This document shows positions 60,743 through 64,000 of a stretch of DNA of 64,000 nucleotides, one piece after another. Made by a program: the position numbers and the translations under genes. The stretch is from Mytilus californianus. Its lineage: Eukaryota. Under the pieces are notes generated by a model that worked only from the letters and a program-made list of their open reading frames with translations, had not been told where the DNA came from and did no database searches. The stretch spans positions 15,624,001 to 15,688,000 of the forward strand of contig NW_026262593.1 in assembly GCF_021869535.1 (NCBI RefSeq), given 5' to 3'. Numbering within the stretch: the stretch's first letter is position 1; each line of letters opens with the position of its first letter.

Positions 60743-60787
60743 GGTGTCCGCAGCGCTTTTCTGGACTAACCTTCATAAGGAATGCTC
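60743..60787 (-). ncRNA. Degenerate hammerhead of the 22052 family
   Basis: Minus strand gagcattcCTTATGAaggttagtccaGAAAagcgctgcggacacc. Confidence 0.4.
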
Positions 60788-61084
60788 AAACCCAAATATT
60801 TAAAAGCCAATGCAATGATGTATACGAAGTCAAACATGTGGAGACCTATATGACTCAAAGATAAAAGATAAAAGGCAAACCAATCTACGGTCAACTTAAT
60901 TTGTCTAATTGAACTGATCAACAATACAAAAATAAGAAGATATTGTAGGATTGCCAATGAGACAATTATCCACCAGAGATCCAATGACCGAAGATGTAAG
61001 AAACTTGGACCATTAAACAGCATTTAACAATGAGCAAAACTCATTACGTACAGTAAGGTATAAAGGGTCCCGAAATTAGATACA

Positions 61085-61660
61085 TGATTTTTTTTAGTTG
61101 TTATTGGCTTTTAACTAGCTGTCAGTAACTGCGAGTACTCTCAGATCTGTACTTGATGTCTTTTAATTGTTGGGATGTACAAGTACCCGTTCACGTCCAC
61201 TCTGTATTTTTGTTATATGTATTTCTATTTGTATCCATCTGATGAGTTAAACCTTTTTCAACTGATTTTTATAGTTTGTTCTTATGTTATACTGTTACAC
61301 CACTGTCCCAGGTTAGGGGGAGGGTTGGGATCCCGCTAGCATGCATATGTTTAACCACTCCACATTCTGTATATATGTGCCTGTCCCAAGTCAGGAGCCC
61401 GTAATTCAGTGAATGTCGTTTGTTGCTGTGTTACTTATTTGTTTTTCGTTGATTTTTTGTACATTAATTAGGCCGTTAGTTATCTCGTTTGAATTGTTTT
61501 ACATTTGTGATTTCGGGGCCTTTTATAGCTGACTATGCGGTATGGGCTTTGCTCATTGTTGAAGGCCGTACAGTGACCTATAGCTGTTAATTTCTGTGTC
61601 ATTTTGGTCTGTTGTGGAGAGCTGTCTCATTGGCAATCACACCACATCTTCTTTTTTATA
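61085..61660 (+). repeat. PLE 3'-tail family copy
   Basis: Colinear with 35330-35890. Confidence 0.8.
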
Positions 61661-63150
61661 TATATGAAGCATTTCAACCAAAACAAACCAACAGCCTTAT
61701 TTACGTAAACATGATAGACATGTAGAAGCCATTGCATTAGTGTAAATGACATCATCTTTACGTCATAGAAATGGCTAAATAACGTCATGAAAAAAAGGAA
61801 TGAAAAGAGAATGAAAGAACTTTGGCAGAACGTCATTGTAGCATGCTTTTCTAGCTGAAATAAATGTTTATTTTATTATCCTTAACCATCGGTCATATCG
61901 GTCCATTTGCAGTTAAAGATCACCTAAATCGGTCAAATCGGCCTTTTGACAGTTAAAAGCAAAGTCAATCGGCCCGATCGGCCCAATGGCAGTTAAAGGT
62001 AACGTCAATCGGCCCTGGTCGACCCTTTGGCAGTATAAGGGTTAATTTATTAAGTGATATATTCCATTTCAAGGTTTTCTGCAAATGTCGATAGACTAAA
62101 CAAGAATGTCAATAATAAAAAAAAATAATAGTATTGGCCTTTTCCAAATATTTTTTTAATGAACTGTATAAGAATAAATTTACCAAAATAATAGTTTTGA
62201 AGGTGCAAAAAAATATCAGATATATAAATCATTTTTCAGATAGCCTCGAAAATATTGCAAATTTAATTCTGCAACCATATTAAAACTTTTGAATTGTCCA
62301 TACTTTACTCAATCATACTCGAATAAAAGATCGACAACATATTGTTGTTCAATAGTGCTGTTTCTACGTAAACTTTAGGCATTCAAATACAATATTCAAT
62401 CTTACTTTTGCATCGAAATGCATGTGATTGGGGTTAATTTTGATAATTTCCCTACGTTGCTCGCAAAAGGACCAATACTTTTGATAAATTGTTTATTATG
62501 TGCTTACACTGTTGTGTAACTAAATATTTAGGCAGCTCGAGGGTACGAAATTTCAGTTATTGTTGGGGTTCATGTTGCATTTTGCTCAGTTTTTAGAATG
62601 GAGCCCTTTGTTTTTAGGGAGATTTTTTGCTTTGATGTTGTTGGTTTGTCTTCCACTTATGAATTGTGATTACAAAATAGACCGATTTGAAACTAAAATG
62701 AAAAAGTGAATGTATTCATTATGATGTTTAAAATATCTGTGAAGGACGAATTTCAAATAAGACGTTTTAAATAGTCCTTTGTACTATTAATGCAGATGTA
62801 TATTTATAAATCCATTTTGGAATTCCATTTTGAAATATGCAAAATTTATTCAAGTCCCAAAATAATTACATTGTGAAGAAGTTTGCTTGTACCAAATATG
62901 AATACCATAACTTCCATAATAGGTAATTGAATATCCAATACGACAAGCTTACCCCCAAAGACATCCATGACACGGTTATATGTTCTTTCGAGGTAACAAT
63001 TGAATACTGATAACAAATGGTTACTTAGAGATTTTTTTCTAAATTAAACTTCGTTGTTGAATTAATTCTTTTGTGCTATTGTAATTATCCGAATCCACAC
63101 TCAGTAAAAATTTAATAATTCAGAATAGAACACAAACGATAAAAGTATAG

Positions 63151-63365
63151 AAGAGGGACGAAAGATACCAGAGGGACAGTCAAACTCATAGATCGAAAAC
63201 AAACTGACAACGCCATGGCCAAAAACAAAAAGACAAACAGACAAATAATAGAACAGATGACACAACATAGAAAACTAAAGACTAAGCAACACGAACCCCA
63301 TCAAAAACTGGGGGTGATCTCAGGTGCTCCGGTAGGGTAAGCAGATCCTGCTCCACATGTGGCAT
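63151..63365 (-). repeat. PLE 3' end fragment
   Basis: Reverse complement of the 28615-28800 and 59400-59590 type sequence. Confidence 0.75.
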
Positions 63366-64000
63366 ATAGATTAGACGACATTTCTCATATCTAAAGATCT
63401 AAGACTGCCAGAACATGTCACTAGGGACATATCGTATCGGTCAACCGCACATAACATTGAACAAATACAGTAATTAATGATGCAGACATGGTTTTGTCTA
63501 TCTGGTCACAGCGATTCTAAAAGGGACGATCTTCAAAAAGACTTTCCGACAGACAACGGACGTTAGATGATTGATGACAATTCTTGAATGAGGATGTACA
63601 ACAATAAATGTATTATCTAACATAATGCTACGTGTCAAAGATACTGTGTCTATGGCTATTTCTATAATTTGTTAATTCAAAAGTAATTACCTCACCTTTT
63701 TGGATAATCACATATATATGACTTAATCTATCAGATAACTAATATATTCTACGATTGATATTTTTCAAGTATTCAAATTTAAGGTTTCAGAAAATGTTAT
63801 CTTTGTCCTACATTTATCAGAGTTGGGTGAATTAGACAAGAAAATAAAACATACGACTTTCTGGAAACCATGTTTTTTTCAATACCAAGCAATAATAAAC
63901 ATGACGTCATAGGTCTATCACATTATAGTAGATTTAAGAAAGGAAAATAACTTGTATTATGTCTATTTAATCAAAAGCATTGATCCTAATAAAATATGTA

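Overview
AT-rich eukaryotic genomic DNA. The repeat families point to a bivalve, most likely Mytilus (inference). There is one 170-N gap (2339-2508). Most of the window is old, nested transposon debris: Penelope-like (PLE) fragments and their abundant 3' tails, a BEL/Pao LTR element, CR1/L2-type LINE relics, tRNA-head SINEs, Helentron-associated HINEs, Kolobok-like and TGT..ACA TIR elements, and several minimal hammerhead ribozyme motifs. Hidden among it, and not visible as a single ORF in the supplied track, is an apparently intact 8-exon minus-strand gene (52558->19202, 1056-nt CDS, 351 aa). It encodes a predicted type I membrane glycoprotein with an extracellular domain I cannot name. It belongs to a local 3-copy cluster: a tandem paralog about 46.5 kb to the left (exon 1 at 5995-6013, the rest off-window) and a head-to-head inverted paralog (exons at 53546-53564 and 59615-59689). 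Two 5'-truncated retroelement insertions each carry an inverted copy of nearby DNA at their 5' junction. One of these is a 79-bp antisense copy of coding exon 5 lying in the preceding intron. All alignments and counts were done by eye.
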